NCBI RefSeq assembly: GCF_006345805.1
Contig: NC_042997.1
Coordinates: 131,192,001-131,256,000 of the forward strand
Origin: Octopus sinensis
Lineage: Eukaryota
DNA length: 64,000 bases
Direction: 5' to 3'
This document shows, in pieces, positions 25,869-40,484 of this stretch. The notes under the pieces are model-generated. The model ran no database searches, had not been told where the DNA came from, and worked only from the letters and a program-made list of their open reading frames with translations. The position numbers and the translations under genes were made by a program. Each line of letters starts with the position of its first letter. Position 1 is the first letter of the stretch.

Positions 25869-26840
25869 TGTATATGTGTGTGAGGGAAAGGGAGTGTGTG
25901 TGTGACTGCTAATCTGCCTCTGTGTGTGTGTGTGTGTGTGTGCTTGAATGGAATTGATATACATGCAGTCCTTCATATAACCGTAAATATTTTAATACCA
26001 GCTTAACAAACATGGAAATCACTCCGTTTTCGGTTACAAAAGCGCTACTTGAATGAAAGGAATTTGGTCAGACACACCCAACTAATGTCATTTCAGTTGT
26101 TGAGGATCTCGTCAGTTCTATTCTAGTTTTCTATTCCATTCTCAGTTGCTATTTTCCCCTCACTTCAATGAAATAACTTTATACTTTCATCCAAAAAGAT
26201 AATTTATTTTTCATTTAATTATTCAATTTTTTTTTTGTTCTTACTGCAACAGACAGATTGTGGGTAATTTGAAAACAAAGGGGAAAAAAGTATATAGTTT
26301 TTTCACATAGACACAAAATATATCAAGTTTTTTTTTTTTCTTCTTAAGGTCGGCGGAATGAATCTGGGTGAATGCTTAGGAATAGAGTCAGTGCATTAAT
26401 GATGTAAGGGGAACGAAATAACTACAGCTGTCATTTAATACTGGATTGTGCGTTCCGTCTGCCGACAGCTTACCTCCATAGTTCTTGCAACAGGAAAGTA
26501 TTTCAAAGAATAGTTTACACGCGCGCACAGAGGGGGGGGGAGTGATAGAGAAATAAAGAAAGAGAGAAAGAAAGAGAAAGTGAGAGAGATCTTTTATATT
26601 TTACTTGTTTCCGTCACCGTTTTGTGGCCATGCTGGGGCATCGCCTTCAAGGGTTTAGTCAAATAAATCGGCACTCGTACTTACTTTTTTTTTTTTTTGA
26701 AGTCTGATATTTATTTTATCCAGCTCTTAAACCGAACCGCTAAGTTACAGAGTTATAGGGACGTAATCAAACTAATACTAGTTGCCAAGCGGAGATGGGG
26801 AAGTAGGGTGAGAAGGATAAGCGGACACAAAAACTCAGAA

Positions 26841-26885
<45 letters not shown>

Positions 26886-27686
26886 TCACACATCACACAC
26901 ATGCATACATGCATATACACCAGAGACTTCCACACAGTTTCAGTCTATGAAATTGACTCACTAGGCATTGGTAAGCTCTAAGATGGGAATCTTTTAATGA
27001 AAATTTATACAAATCCCTTTCAAACGGCATAGATTATGATTATAAAGAAATTAGTGGGGAACATATTTTCGGGGTTTTCCCCATTTTTTTTAAAAACCAA
27101 AGCCTTCGAAATGATGGGGTTGAAGGGGGCATGTTTGTATGAAAAATGTTTTGAAAACTCTTTTTTACAGCCCCTCCCTTCAGGTCTATTTTGGCCAATT
27201 TTTTTTGCACTTCAAAACCACGAAGAGAGCATTTACGGTAAAAAAAAAAATTAAAATTAATATTTTCAGAGGGAAAAGTGATTTAAGGGCGATTTGGCTA
27301 TTGTTTCTAGCACATCCATCCAAAGACAACCCTCCTCGTTTCTTTATCACTCTCGCATGTATTAATGTTTTTCAATATTTTTTCCCCATAAATAAATTTA
27401 TATGCTATAAAAAAGAAAACTTGAGAAATTGTGAATTTTTTATAACTCCACTCCCTGCCCCCGATTGATTCTGTTTAGAAATTAAAATATTGGAGAGTCA
27501 GAGAAGGTCATTGCTGGCATTTATCCACAGTGATTTAAAAACATTACGGAGATGTACTTGCATAGCAAGTGACTGGATCTGAGATCGTGTGTTGAAACAA
27601 AAACAATTGTAGCGTGAAAGATGTTTGTAAACCATTCAAGAACACACAAATACCGCAAGTTTCACTTCAACATTAAAACTTCATCT

Positions 27687-27735
27687 GTGTCAAAATATTT
27701 TCGTCGCTTTGAAACCGCGACCTGTTCACTGATAC
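27687..27735 (-). ncRNA. Hammerhead-like motif with G3-C8 core (GTGAACA)
   Basis: Minus strand reads TCA-GTGAACA-G-GTCGC[9 nt]GCGAC-GAAA-ATAT-T-T-TGAC; adjacent inverted copy of the core at 27756-27771. Confidence 0.55.
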
Positions 27736-30700
27736 AAAAGTGATGCAACACGAAGTTTTGTCAGTGAACAGCACACACAGATACGCGCGCGCATGCACGC
27801 GCACGCACGCGCACGCACGCACACATTCATTGCCTTTCATTTGTGTGTATGTGTATCTATGTGTGTGCGCGAATGTGTATAGGTGTATGTGTGTGTGTGT
27901 CACTGTTGAAGTTGTGTTTGGAAACTGAGTAAGGTGCAAGTTTCGAGTACTTGTCGGTAACATTTTGTTTTTTTCTTCTCGTCTTCTAATCGTAATTACC
28001 CAACTTTCTAGGCTCTTCTCAGAGCTATCACGTGTTCAAAAATTATACGGGTATCTTTAAAAAAATTCATTCAATAAATAATGTTTTTACATTACGCATA
28101 CATTAATAGCGAATTAAAACTTAAAAGAGAAAGTGAGAGACTTTGCAAATGAAAACGGAATACTCCGCAGTGAATGCAATGAATATTTAAATTTGTGATG
28201 AATTGGACGCAGAGAATATTTAAATTTGCGAGAAATTGGAGTTTAAAAAATTCAATGAACTTGAGAAATCGAAATCATAGGGAATTTCTTAGAACATGAA
28301 TTTATAAAAATATTTCCAGACGGTCAACCCTTTAATAATTGCTTTCTTTTAACACCTTTAGTAATTGTTACATACCTAAGTAATAAGCAGCTTTCTCCAT
28401 TATAGTATAGATGCAAACACTAGAGTCTTGATGTGCTTCTGGGTATCATATTTGGGACGGCTGCTACATACATAAATATCCTGAGCCTCACCCAAAAACG
28501 AGGTCATTTGGTTGATTGACAATGACTTACTCACCAATACCTTATAAATAATGATTATAACTGATGTCCTAGTCTGATGAATATACAAGATGCTTCTCTG
28601 GCTTTGCAAGTTGACAGAAAAATGGTGGCTCTTATTCTTCTCGTATATTTCCATTCAAGTGTTTCAAGATTATTAAATCGACTCCAGTATTCGACTAGGA
28701 TTCCATTTTATTGAACCCAGAATTAAGAAAGACAAAAATTCAACATCATTAAGATTCAAACTCGGAACGTATGTAACCCCAACGAAATACTGCTGGCATT
28801 TTGCCGACTCTAATGATTCTGTCAAACCACTTGATTTTGAGTGAAATAAGATCTCACTATAATTTATGCACCCTAGGCATGGTCTAGCGGTTAATGTTTT
28901 TCACTCACGATCTTCGGACCTTGGGTCTGATTTCTGGACAGTGTGGTGCTTTATCTCCATAAGTAGTACTTCCTTTCGTATTGCTTCCATCTACTCAACT
29001 GAAAATTAGTACTAGTTGGAGTACTGGAGTAGCCCTCTCTCCTTCCAACTGTTACATCACCGGTGTTCTACTAGGTCAAGTGTGAGAGAGTCAAGAAGGT
29101 GTCTATATTTGTTCATGACTGCATAGGTACCTAAAACAATTAGCGAAAGGATAGTACATGACACTGTCATACTCGCACACCAGTGACGGATATGTTTTTT
29201 TTTAAATATAATTTATGTGTATTTGTTGTTGTAGCCCCAAGTCAGACAGTTCTAGCCGTGACCATCCCAACTTGCTTTAAGTCTCTAATACTACTTTATC
29301 TAATGTAAGATTTAAAGAAGATTTCGCTGCTATTATTAACGGGTCAAGCGACAGGATACAACCTCCGTTGCTTGCTCGAGTGAGCTGGATATACGACACT
29401 GGTTCGATTTCCAGTTGAATATTCTGTCTCCTTCAGTTACATTTTAAAAGCATAATCAATGGGTAATCTGAAGAACCATGTCACCCGCTAAAGTGCATGA
29501 AAATAATTGACAGAACCTTTAGATCGTCTAAATAAATGCTTTGCCAATCAAGATAGAATGTTTTACGGTGAAAGACGATGGTAGGATGGGGAAAAGGCCA
29601 CCTTTATTTTTCAGACTTCCATCTTTTCGAGGTCGAAAACTAAAGTACCAGTCAGACACCGCGGCAGGATTTTCCTTCCCTATCTCTCATAATCTCTCCG
29701 TCTTTCCTCCGTTAAGCACACACACACACACAGTCTCTCTCTCTCTCTCTCTCTTCCCACTCAGAATTTTTGCTAATTATTATTTTTAATTTGATTTTAA
29801 ACATGTAATGTAGTTAATAGTAATAAGATAAAAAAAGAAATAAGTTGACACATTAACAACGAAAAGTTGGATGAACGTGTCGATAAGTCATTCTTCTTCG
29901 ATTCATCGATTTATTGTTAAAAGCTTGGAACGGACACGACATTCCACTGATGAACAAGTGATTAGCGTCATAAAATTCTGTTTCTGCAGTAGTTTGATTG
30001 GACAAGCACACAGCTATATGTAAACCATATATATTTTTGTGTTATGCACATATTTCTGACGCTTGTTCAATCTGAAGTTATGTCTGTTCGATGCATTCAT
30101 ATGTTGAAAAGGGTGTGATAATATATTTTGTCACTGTGAAAGAATTGTATTCATACATACGATGCGTAATATACACTGGAGAATACTTTTTGTACAAGTT
30201 TAAGTAATGAAAATAAAATTTAAATAGTTTGCTTAAATATTCCTCTGTAAATTGACACATACGGAATTTCTATATTAAAAATTAAAATTAAATCCATGAT
30301 AATTAAGAGCTCAATTAACACGAGGTCGTTAAACATAAAGGCGTCATTACATAGCAGTAAATTTGAGTGGAACTGACTCGCATGTGCATACATAATCGGC
30401 TAAAACGACCTTTAAGAAGAACATAAGTAGAAAAGCATAAAAACTGCCTTTCCATCTCCGTGTGGTTCATCTTGGTAGCGCCCAACATTAGGGGCCAAAT
30501 ATATCCATAAACCAAAAAAAAAAAAAAAGGTAATTGATAAGTTCAGGCTGTTTGGTCATGTTACTCAATTTTGGGTCCTGCGTATCGTGTTTTCTTCACT
30601 GAGGATCCGGCTGGGGTGACGGCTCGTGCTAGTCGGTCACATGCCACTTGGTCACAACGGACGAGGAAGTAAGTAACTTGCAGAGATGAGAACTAACTGG

Positions 30701-31453
30701 GACACAACTGGGAGGGTTGTTCAGAATGATCCGAGCAAATATAAAAAAATGGTGGATGCAGCGACGCGCTGCAATTGTGCATGGCCCCTACATCTGACCT
30801 GACCACGGAAATTATTACAAATCGTTAAACGGCAACACATCATTACGATGTTGTCCAAGTGGGACCGACTTACATTGCTCATCATAATCGTTTTAGCTGA
30901 CATACAAATCGGTCCCATTAGGATTTACTGCAATGCAACCATGCGATGGCATTTAACAACCCATTATTAATTGATCTATTAATTAATGTAGATTTATTTT
31001 TTGAAGCTGATGCATCAATTCCCTATATAGTTATTTGCTCCCTTATGTTGAGCGTCACCGAGATAAACCACATCGAGATGGAAAGTCAGTGTTTATGCTT
31101 TCTGCTTTTATTCAAAACATGCAAATCGTCGTTAAACAAAGCAATGTTCAACAAACATGCGATGTAGGTATCGACCAATTCAGTTCCACTGACCAATGAA
31201 TTACGTGTAAAAACAGTCACTAATTGAAGGCAAGTGTTTTGAAAGTACATGTACGTCAATTGATAGGTGACATTTTCCTTTATATCGACCGAAGATGCTG
31301 GAAAATGGAGACTTGTAAAAGAAAATGGATACTTGTAATAGTACATATGTACTAATAGTGTACCTAGAAGAAAATCGGTGTGCCTGTGTGTGTTGCACAT
31401 TTGTGCATGTGTGTGAGAATGTATCTTGTGTATTTGTGTGCATGATTGAAATA

Positions 31454-31502
<49 letters not shown>

Positions 31503-31519
31503 GCAGACGCATAGAGAGC

Positions 31520-31596
<77 letters not shown>

Positions 31597-31842
31597 CGAA
31601 CGATGACACCAGATTCAATTTACCTTTTGTTAAAATGGCCGCTATTCTGCTATAGCACATACTTCATTGAATTGAAATGTGGTTTAACACGAGTTGTTTA
31701 TCATGCGATGTTCTACCGTCTTTGGTTTCTATTCAGGCTTATAGTCATTCCAATTCGATAAAGGCGTACGGAGAAGTATGGAAGCCAGAGCTTTTTCCTT
31801 TCTCTTCCTTTCTTTCTTTCTTTCTTTCTTTCTTTTTCTTTT

Positions 31843-31877
<35 letters not shown>

Positions 31878-32466
31878 CTCTCTCTTTCTCTCAATTTTCC
31901 CTCCCCTTTTCAGTCTATTTTTGTGTGCGTGCGTGTATATATATATATATATATACACACATGCCTACATACATACATGCGTACGTGCATACGTACACCA
32001 CACAACACACACACACACACACACACACACACTGAACAAAATCAAGAAAAACAACAAGAGAGGCAAGTTTTGACAAAAGAGTTATTAGTATAATGCTTGG
32101 CAGGAAAGAGAAAGAGTTTTTAACGTTTTGGATATTAGTCCTTTATCCAAAAAGAAAAGAAAGGAGGAAAGGTGGTGGAAGGGAAGAAAGCGAGCTCGCA
32201 TACACACATACGCATGCTAAAATCATTTCGACATTGACGTCAATGTTACATAATGTAATGTTATACTGAAGAAGATAGAGGAGACAATACGGATGTGGAA
32301 CAGTGATTGAAGTATGTTTCTAAATGGCTTTATGCCAATCCGTTAGGTGTCCTCTCCTGGATGTGATCTAGGATCGGTGTATATCAACATTAGCATCCCA
32401 AGTGGCGTGTACCCGTGGAACTCATAGGCAGTACTTTCAACAGGAGGTTTGCATGTCAGACGCGAC

Positions 32467-32533
<67 letters not shown>

Positions 32534-33466
32534 CCACACTACATTATCGGATGACGTATGCTAGAGTCAATGTACATCTAGTGTACTTGGAAATGTTTTG
32601 CAATGTTGTAAGTTGACTAATGGATCTAGAAGAGCAAAATGTTTGATTGAAATTCTGTTTCAAATTGGGAGGAAAAAACCATTTACAGAGATTTCTCTAA
32701 AGCAGCAGCGAGTGACGATCACGTTGCGAAACCATGTTGCGTAATCCATGAAAATCGTCATATGATGTGTGAATTAAGCTTCTGTAAATGCTCGTATCAT
32801 GTGAGTTTAAAAGAAAAAGTGAAGGTGCTGCGTGGTGCTGCAAAACTTGTGAACAAAAGAGGATCGAGTCACAGTCAAACAGGGTTGTTTGATTTGTCGA
32901 ATGTTGACGAAGGCTTTCGGAAAAGTTTGAGAACAGGTGGCGAAATGCGGGTTTGCAGGGAACGGTATAGAAACAAAAAGTAGTCGTTACACTGGGTTGT
33001 GTTCATCGCTGTCATGACCAACAATACGACATCAGAGTCGCTAAAATGTGAAAGTAATGTTGATTGTCATTTTTGATTGACTAAAATTCTCTAAAATTTC
33101 ATTCTTTAAAGATTCGTGACTTTTTAATTTTTATTTTACCGCAAAAATGATTATGATGTGCGTAATTAAAATGAAGCAGGGCACCTGTGTAGAAAATTTC
33201 CCGAAAATTAGACCTGGTTTGTCAAATTGAAAAAAAATCTGAAGGGCGTCATTGTTTATCATCACTTTGTTTCACGTAGTCAGACGATCAATAAAGAGTT
33301 TTACTTATAAGTTCTGAGGCATTTGAGTGAATGAATGCGAAAGAAGAGAACTGTGGCACGGACGAACAAAACCTGGATGTAGCACTATGACAGCACGCTT
33401 GCATACGAGTCATTTCCTATAATCGTGATTATGGCAAAGAATTAGATGACTTTCGTTTATATGCAT

Positions 33467-33517
<51 letters not shown>

Positions 33518-35199
33518 CTGGGAGTAGCTTACCAACAATGATAAAGCCATTTTAAAGGAGACAAACCTGATTAGATTGTATGTTGAGCAATAAATTGTCC
33601 GTTTTTTCTTTCGGATAGATTTGTGTGCTTGTTTATGTATGTGTGCATGTATGTATGCATGCATGTATGTATGTATGCGGGGGGAGGGGTGTCTAGAAAA
33701 AGAAAGAAAATAGAGAAGATATTTCTCTTCCATATTCTTTCCCTCCTTCATATAGGAAATTCAAGCTGGGAGAATAATTAAATGATTCTTCGGGGCTTTC
33801 TTATAAAGGCGAAGTTTCTTTGAACTAAATGAAATTTTAGAATTTAATTAATATTTCATCGTTTAATATTTAATAAGAAAAACAAAGAATCTACTCACCC
33901 GCCACCAAAAAAAAAAAAAAAAAAGAACCATTAATTTTTTTTCTTTATCGTTTATACGAAAAAAAAATTACATTCTGTTTTGAAGATTTAAGGAGAAAAT
34001 GATTAAACGCTATGTGGAACACTCAATTTATTTGAACTAAAGAGAAAGCCTCTAAACGGCCACTCGCTTTCCTAGAAATAACAACCAAATCTCCTTCAAA
34101 TCACATCCCGTGTTTTCAAAAAGTACACTAAAAATGTACAATATTTGGAATTGAATAAAAGAGAGGCTGGTTGCGAGTGAGACACTTCCGATCGTGGGTC
34201 TACCTTGGGGTTAAAAACTTGGAATTAAAAATAGCGGCAGCAGCAACAAAAAGTGTCTTTTTTTTTCAAAAAAATAAAAAGAACTCAGACGAATCCCTAA
34301 AAGCAAATCCATAAAAAAAAGAGGGGATGACTGGTTAGAACGTCTTTGAACAAATGTCTGCTCAATTAGGTCTAACCTAGGGTTAAATAATAGCAGCCAG
34401 CATGGGAACCTTTACATCGTTGTTGAACATGCTAGAAATAGCATCCAAACCATGATCGCAAGTTGTCTACTGTCTTAAAAAGAACACAAAGTACCGTCAT
34501 GGTTGGAAAGCCTTTAAATCACAGGTCTCCTTCATCAGCGTTGTCCTGGGACTGAACAATTCCAGCAACAATTAATTTATTTCAATAAATCAACCAATTA
34601 TTAATGGCTTAGTTGTTAGTAATTGATTTGATTGAGGTAAATTTGTCGGTGAGACGACATTGTAAGCAATTTCCCATTCCATTTTCTTGTCAGCGTTGGA
34701 GCGAATTCGTTTTATTTACATCAATCACATGTACCCTCGAGAAACATCACCGAGTTTTATTTCACTCATTATATCAGTCGACGAGAGAGGATTGGACAAT
34801 CTTTTTACTATTAGAAATGTATATCGGATAGTTTGGGAGTGTTTACGTGCTGAGAAGAAAAAAAAATCTCTAATTCTATAAATCCATTGGAATATCAACT
34901 TATATTAAATTACTGTTATGGTCTGAGATTTTACAGACTTCATTTGCGGCTGGTTTCAAATTTGAATGCAGGCGGAATGGTAGTAAAATCCTCCTAATGC
35001 AGAGCTTCGCAATCTTTTTTTTTTCTTTTAGTTCTCGACGCATTGGAGATTAAATAGAAATTACAGGCGTACTTAATATGGAAAGTTTTAAAAAATGAAC
35101 TATACATAAAAATTTAAAATCCATAAGCAGAAAAAGAAAATCAGAAAAAATATTGGCTATTTTGTTTTATTGCTTACTCTACAACCATTAATAATTCTT

Positions 35200-35790
35200 T
35201 CTACTATAGGCACAAGGCCTGAAATTTGGGGGAGAGGCATAGTCGATTACATCGACCCCAGTACTCGACTGGTACTTATTTTACTGACCCCAAAACAGAT
35301 GAAACGTAAAATCGACCTTGGCGGAATTTCATTTTAGATCGTAATGACAAACGAAATACTGTTAAGCATTTCGTCCGGCGTGCTAACGATTCTTATTTCT
35401 TTATTGCCCACAAGGGGCTAAACATAAAGGGGACAAAGGGATTAAGTCGATTATATCGACCCCAGCGCGTAACTGGTACTTATTTAATCAACCCCGAAAG
35501 GATGAAAGGCAGAGTCGACCTCGGCGGAATTTGAACTCAGAACGTAGCGGCAGACGAAATACCTATTTCTTTGCTACCCACAAAGGGCTAAACAAAGAGG
35601 GGACAAACAAGGACAGACAAACAGATTAAGTCGATTACATCGACCCCAGTGCGTAACTGGTACTTAATTTATCGACCCCGAAAGGATGAAAGGCAAAGTC
35701 GACCTTGGCGGAATTTGAACTCAGAACGTAGAGGCAGACGAAATACGGCTACGTATTTCGCCCGGCGTGCAAACGTTTCTGCCAGCTCAT
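35200..35790 (-). mobile_element. Nested or tandem array of three SINE units
   Basis: Tail GGGYARTAAAGAAAT joined to AGGTATTTCGTC (35565) and to AAGAATCGTTAGCAC (35395) inside the neighbouring SINE heads. Confidence 0.9.
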
Positions 35791-37099
35791 TGCTTTACCT
35801 CCGGCCATTAAAAATGGTTCCCAAAAGTCTTAAATATTACCTTAAAAAATCTCCAGAAGAAATAGTACATGCTGGACATTATTGTCCAAGTTATAATATG
35901 CCTGACAAATAGATACAAAATACAAGTTAAAAATAAAAAAATAAATGAAATAAAAACAAAACTGTCGTAGCTGAACTGCCTTTGACCGTAGGTCTCGGAG
36001 ATCAGTGCCACGCTGGAACTAGTCACTGGTCACCGCAGTCATGTCCACACATGGCCGCCGCGTAGGAGGTCCACTCGACGGCACTGTCCCCTCACTATTC
36101 AATGGTGCATTCTCAGATTTACTTCATTTTAGCATTAGTACAAATTAGTACCCACCCAGAATATTCTGAAGCCCCCCCCCCCCCGCCCCATACACCAAAA
36201 TCTGGCGACGGGCCTGTGTCTGCAGGATGCGGTGGAACACGCCATTTGTTCGGATGTATTCCCTACCGCCATATTTTGCTGCACACCCCACCACATTTTT
36301 TCTTTCTTTTTGTCTCCTTGTAATAAAATTGTGATTCTTTATGTAAATAAAACAAATTTTGATTAACAATGTAATAAATCAAAAAAAAAAAAGAAGAAAA
36401 GAAAAAGAAAGAAAAAAGAAAAGAAAAAACGAAAAATTGGAAAAAGTAGCACGCTGCTAAAATTGTCGTACTTATTTCACTAGACATCAACAATAGTCGG
36501 AAATGTGTCTTTGTAAGTCAACGTAATTGTTTTTTTCTTCCATCCTGCATGCATGCTTGCGATTTATGCTGATTTATTGTGGACATAGTTATTCATATAA
36601 GGCGTTGTCGTAGTATGGAAGGGGAAATGAGATTGTATGACATTCGTGTTTTTTTTTCCAGCAAGTAAGTCTAAATAAAATAACATGTTACAACCATTTT
36701 AAGTGAGAATGTCACGAGCCAACGCGGAAGCCTCAGAGTGGTCGTGCGATCTCTTAAAAAGCGAACCAAATCTCATTCGTGTCACTCAACCTCTGCAGCA
36801 GCGGTCCTCAGTTTTACTTCGTTTTACACTGGAGACAAAAGATATAAATTTACTGGTATGCTTCGTATGGAAAGTTTAAAATCATCGTTCCAGAGTATGA
36901 ACTATTGAAAATTATCAAGTTTTATTGATATTACGTAATAAAATTTTGAATCGTATATGTAGGCTTGACTATATAGTTAAGAAATTCACTTTGGGTCTAA
37001 TAGTACTGGGTTTGGTTCCACTGAGCGGTACCTCGAGCAAGTTTATTCTACTAAAAGCCGGGCAATAGCCCCGGAAAAACTGATTCTTTGTTTCTGACA

Positions 37100-37427
37100 A
37101 AGATACAAGGCTCCATCTTTGGGATGTAGTTAACACATGCAAATGCACATTTGGAACTTGAGAAAAGTCTTGCATATTTTTATTGTTCCACTCACAGATT
37201 GCACTTGTAATGTACGAATTAGCCAGTCGATTTCTCTCTCTGAAAATTCCAGTTTATCCAGATTCTCCTTTAAGCGTTTACTAACAAGACCTAGTGCTCC
37301 AATTATTATTGGTATGAATATGAATTCGTAGCCTGGATATAGAAGCTGGAGGTTTCGAAGCAGTTGTACATAGATATCCTCTTTTCCTTTGATTTTTCAA
37401 AGAGATATTTATATCTGCTGGGCAGTT
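37100..37427 (-). mobile_element. R4-type LINE 3' fragment, same family as 7361-8775
   Basis: Close match to 8390-8720 (CPADINISLK to KFQM* and UTR); 5' end abuts (TATG)n. Confidence 0.9.
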
Positions 37428-37585
37428 ATGTATGTATGTATGTATGTATGTATGTATGTATGTATGTATGTATGTATGTATGTATGTATGTATGTATGTA
37501 TGTATGTATGTATGTATGTATGTATGTATGTATGTATGTATGTATGTATGTATGTATGTATGTATGTATGTATGTATGTATGTAT
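37428..37585 (+). repeat. (TATG)n microsatellite
   Basis: Seen directly. Confidence 0.97.
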
Positions 37586-38717
37586 GGTTTGATATGACGT
37601 ATAGTAAATAATTCAATGCAATTCATTGGAGTAATTATTTTGGTAAAATTAAAGAAGTGAAACTGGAAGGTGTGCATACACTATTTGCATGTATGTATGT
37701 ATGTATGTATGTATGTATGTATGTACGTATGTGCACTTATATATTACAAACACATACACAGCCACACACACTCAAACACACACACACACGCACATATATG
37801 CATGCATACTTACATATATATATACCTACACACCACACACAATCATCTTATCTTCAGGAAACTATTATAGTTCTTCAGTTGATAACCATAATGACTTTTT
37901 TAGGAGGTGTGGGGGTGATTAAATATATATATCAACTATTACTTGAAAGAACGTGTTCACTATGCACGCTTTCTCCATAAGCACGCAAACACACACACGC
38001 ACGCATGCACACACACCGTCTCTCTCTCTCTCTCTCTCTCCCTTCATTTCTTCTCCCTCTCACACAAGCACGTTTTAAATACACAAACCCGTTACTCGGA
38101 AGAAGACTGCACCTTAAATAACATACTTTGATTCACACATGGACCTGTGTGCATGCGCATACGTATATGAGTGTGTTTGCGCATAATTAATGTGATGTGG
38201 TGTGTGTGTGTGTGTGTGTGTGTCTGTACAAACAGTGGTGGTGATGGTGGTGGTGAAATATGTGTAGACAATTCAATGCTGTATGTCTGATTAATTACTT
38301 AACAGAGAAGTTTTATTGCGAATAGTCTGACGCCACAGCGGGCAAGGGCTCTTCTTGTCGAAAGCTTTGCCTTTGAAGGTATGTACGTGTACGTTGTGTT
38401 CATGTACGTGTGTACATCTGGAGATAATATAACATATATACCACATCTACACGCATAATACATATATATACGACGTCAGAGAATAAATGCTATCTTGGTT
38501 TTTATCTCAGACGTTGATAGTTTTGCTAAATTAAGCAACACTGTGAGTTCGGAAGACACCCTTGTCCCACCATCACCGTCACACACATACAAGTAAAAAG
38601 ACCAAAACAAAACAATTTGGGAGACTAATGAGGGATCTTCTACGTGCTCGCTTGATCTACTAGAAATAGCAGCGAAATTTCCCTCAAACCACGCAGTAAA
38701 AATAATAAATGCGCCCT

Positions 38718-38955
38718 TTTAAAGCTTAGCCAGGCTCATAGGCCCGGTTTCCCGGTTTCAATGGCGTATGTGTTCCCCAGCTGGACGTGACGCCAGTCCA
38801 TCGAAGCGTTACTCATTTTTGCCAGCTGAGTGGACTGGAGCAACGTGAAATGAAGTGTTTTGCTCAAGAACACAACGCGTCGCCCGGTCCAGGAATCGAA
38901 ACCACAATCTTACGATTATGGTGCTGACACCCTAACCACTAAGCCACGCTCCTCC
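38718..38955 (-). mobile_element. tRNA-derived SINE (third family)
   Basis: Minus-strand head GGAGGAGCGTGGCTTAGTGGTTAGGG..GGTTTCGATTCC with A and B boxes. Confidence 0.75.
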
Positions 38956-39237
38956 ACCGAACCACACAATACCATTTTGAAAAAGAGAAGGACATTTTGA
39001 TGATGTAGTTCCTGAAAACATTCTCTGAAAAAAAAATGAGATGGTCTTGGCTGGAGCGCTTTAATCATAGGTCTGCTAGATCAGAGCTGATCTGCAAGTT
39101 AAACAACAACGACAATGTCGATACTAACAAACAAAACCAGCAGCAGAAGCAGCGGCAACAATGACAACGATGACGGAGCCGCCAACAGTAACTTCGCAAA
39201 CAGCAGCAATGGATGGAAGCACTCCGTCGGTTACAAC

Positions 39238-39572
39238 GACGAGGGTTCCGGTTGATCCGAATCAACGGAACAGCCTGCTCGTGAAATTAACGTGTAAGTG
39301 GCTGAGCACTCCACAGACACGTGTACCCTTAACGTAGTTCTCGGGGATATTCGGCGTGACACAGAGAGTGAAATACAGGTACAACAGAAACAGGAAGTAA
39401 GAGTGAGAGAAAGTTGTGGTGAAAGCAGGGATCACCACCATCCCCTGCCGGAGCCTCGTGGAGCTTTAGGTGTTTTCGCTCAATAAACACTCACAACGCC
39501 CGGTCTGGGAATCGAAACCGCGATCCTATGACCGCAAGTCCGCTGCCCTAACCACTGGGCCATTGCGCCTCC
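39238..39572 (-). mobile_element. tRNA-derived SINE (fourth family)
   Basis: Minus-strand head GGAGGCGCAATGGCCCAGTGGTTAGGGCAGCGGACT..GGTTTCGATTCCCAGACCGGGCG followed by about 260 bp of non-tRNA body. Confidence 0.75.
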
Positions 39573-39789
39573 AAACAGCAGCAATAACAACTACGTCAAC
39601 AATATCGGTTTCAAATTTTGGCACAAGTCCAGAAATTTTGGGTAGGGATTAAGTCAATTAATCCAGTGCTCGGCTGGTATTTATTTTATCCACCAAGAAA
39701 GGATGGGAGGCAAAGTCGACCTCAACGGAATTCCCGGCGCAGTAACGATTCTGACAGCTCGCCGACTTAGCAACACCATCACAATACCA

Positions 39790-40150
39790 ACAGCTGTATC
39801 ACATATGACTGGACTTGGGCTAAGAGAACAGGAGTTAAAGCAGCAAGCGAGCCCAGTATGCGAGCATATTCCACTTCCTGTTTCAATTAGTTTGCACATC
39901 ATGTCTGTTACAAGTAGATATCACTCAAATTGCAAAATCTTCCTTCGTCTCTACTTAATTTATTCCACTTCTGTTTCAATTAGTTTGCACATATGTCTGT
40001 TACAAGTAGATATCACTCAAATTGCAAAATCTTCCTTCGTCTCTACTTAATTTTATTTGCACCTTTCCCCCGGATTAAACAACTAACTCTGAATGGATTT
40101 TAGCATAAGTTCTGCCGCAAATGTCATCTACAAAGTATCAAGAAAAAGAC
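39790..40150 (-). mobile_element. Probable old CR1/L2 RT fragment containing a 94-bp tandem duplication
   Basis: FVDD, LFNPGK and RILG remnants in broken frames; near-identical duplication at 39867-39960 and 39961-40052. Confidence 0.4.
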
Positions 40151-40281
40151 ATATGAATGTATAACAGAAAAACAACATCGAAACATACAAATATATGAAG
40201 TTTGCGGTCACAGCTTCAATTCTTTTTACATGTTAAACAAATGGGCATATAAATGGGACGGAGTGTGCGCGCAATTATGTA

Positions 40282-40312
<31 letters not shown>

Positions 40313-40354
40313 ATGTATGTATGTACATATGTATGTATGTATGTATGTATGTAT

Positions 40355-40484
40355 CTTCTATTTTTAATTATTATAAATCTTCCATTGATGAGGGAACCGA
40401 TTTCCAACAAAAATACAAGGCTCCATTTTGGGGATGTAGTTAACACAAAGAAATACACATTTGGAACTTGAGAAAAGTATTGCA
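40355..40484 (-). mobile_element. R4-type LINE extreme 3' end in (TATG)n
   Basis: Matches 8645-8775; TATG repeats on both sides. Confidence 0.9.

Noticed and set aside
30605-30674. Strong donor GAA|GTAAGT with a possible short exon
   Set aside because: Weak acceptor, no recognisable peptide and no partner exon.
35200-35790. Regularly repeated units resembling a CRISPR array
   Set aside because: The units are 170-230-bp SINE copies with no unique spacers, in a eukaryotic context.
35960-36110. GC-rich patch that might be an exon or a LINE endonuclease remnant
   Set aside because: No convincing motif or splice sites in any frame.
39500-39572. tRNA-like heads as real tRNA genes (also 38880-38955, 57114-57185, 48707-48795)
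   Set aside because: Each continues into a SINE body, and the cloverleafs are imperfect.
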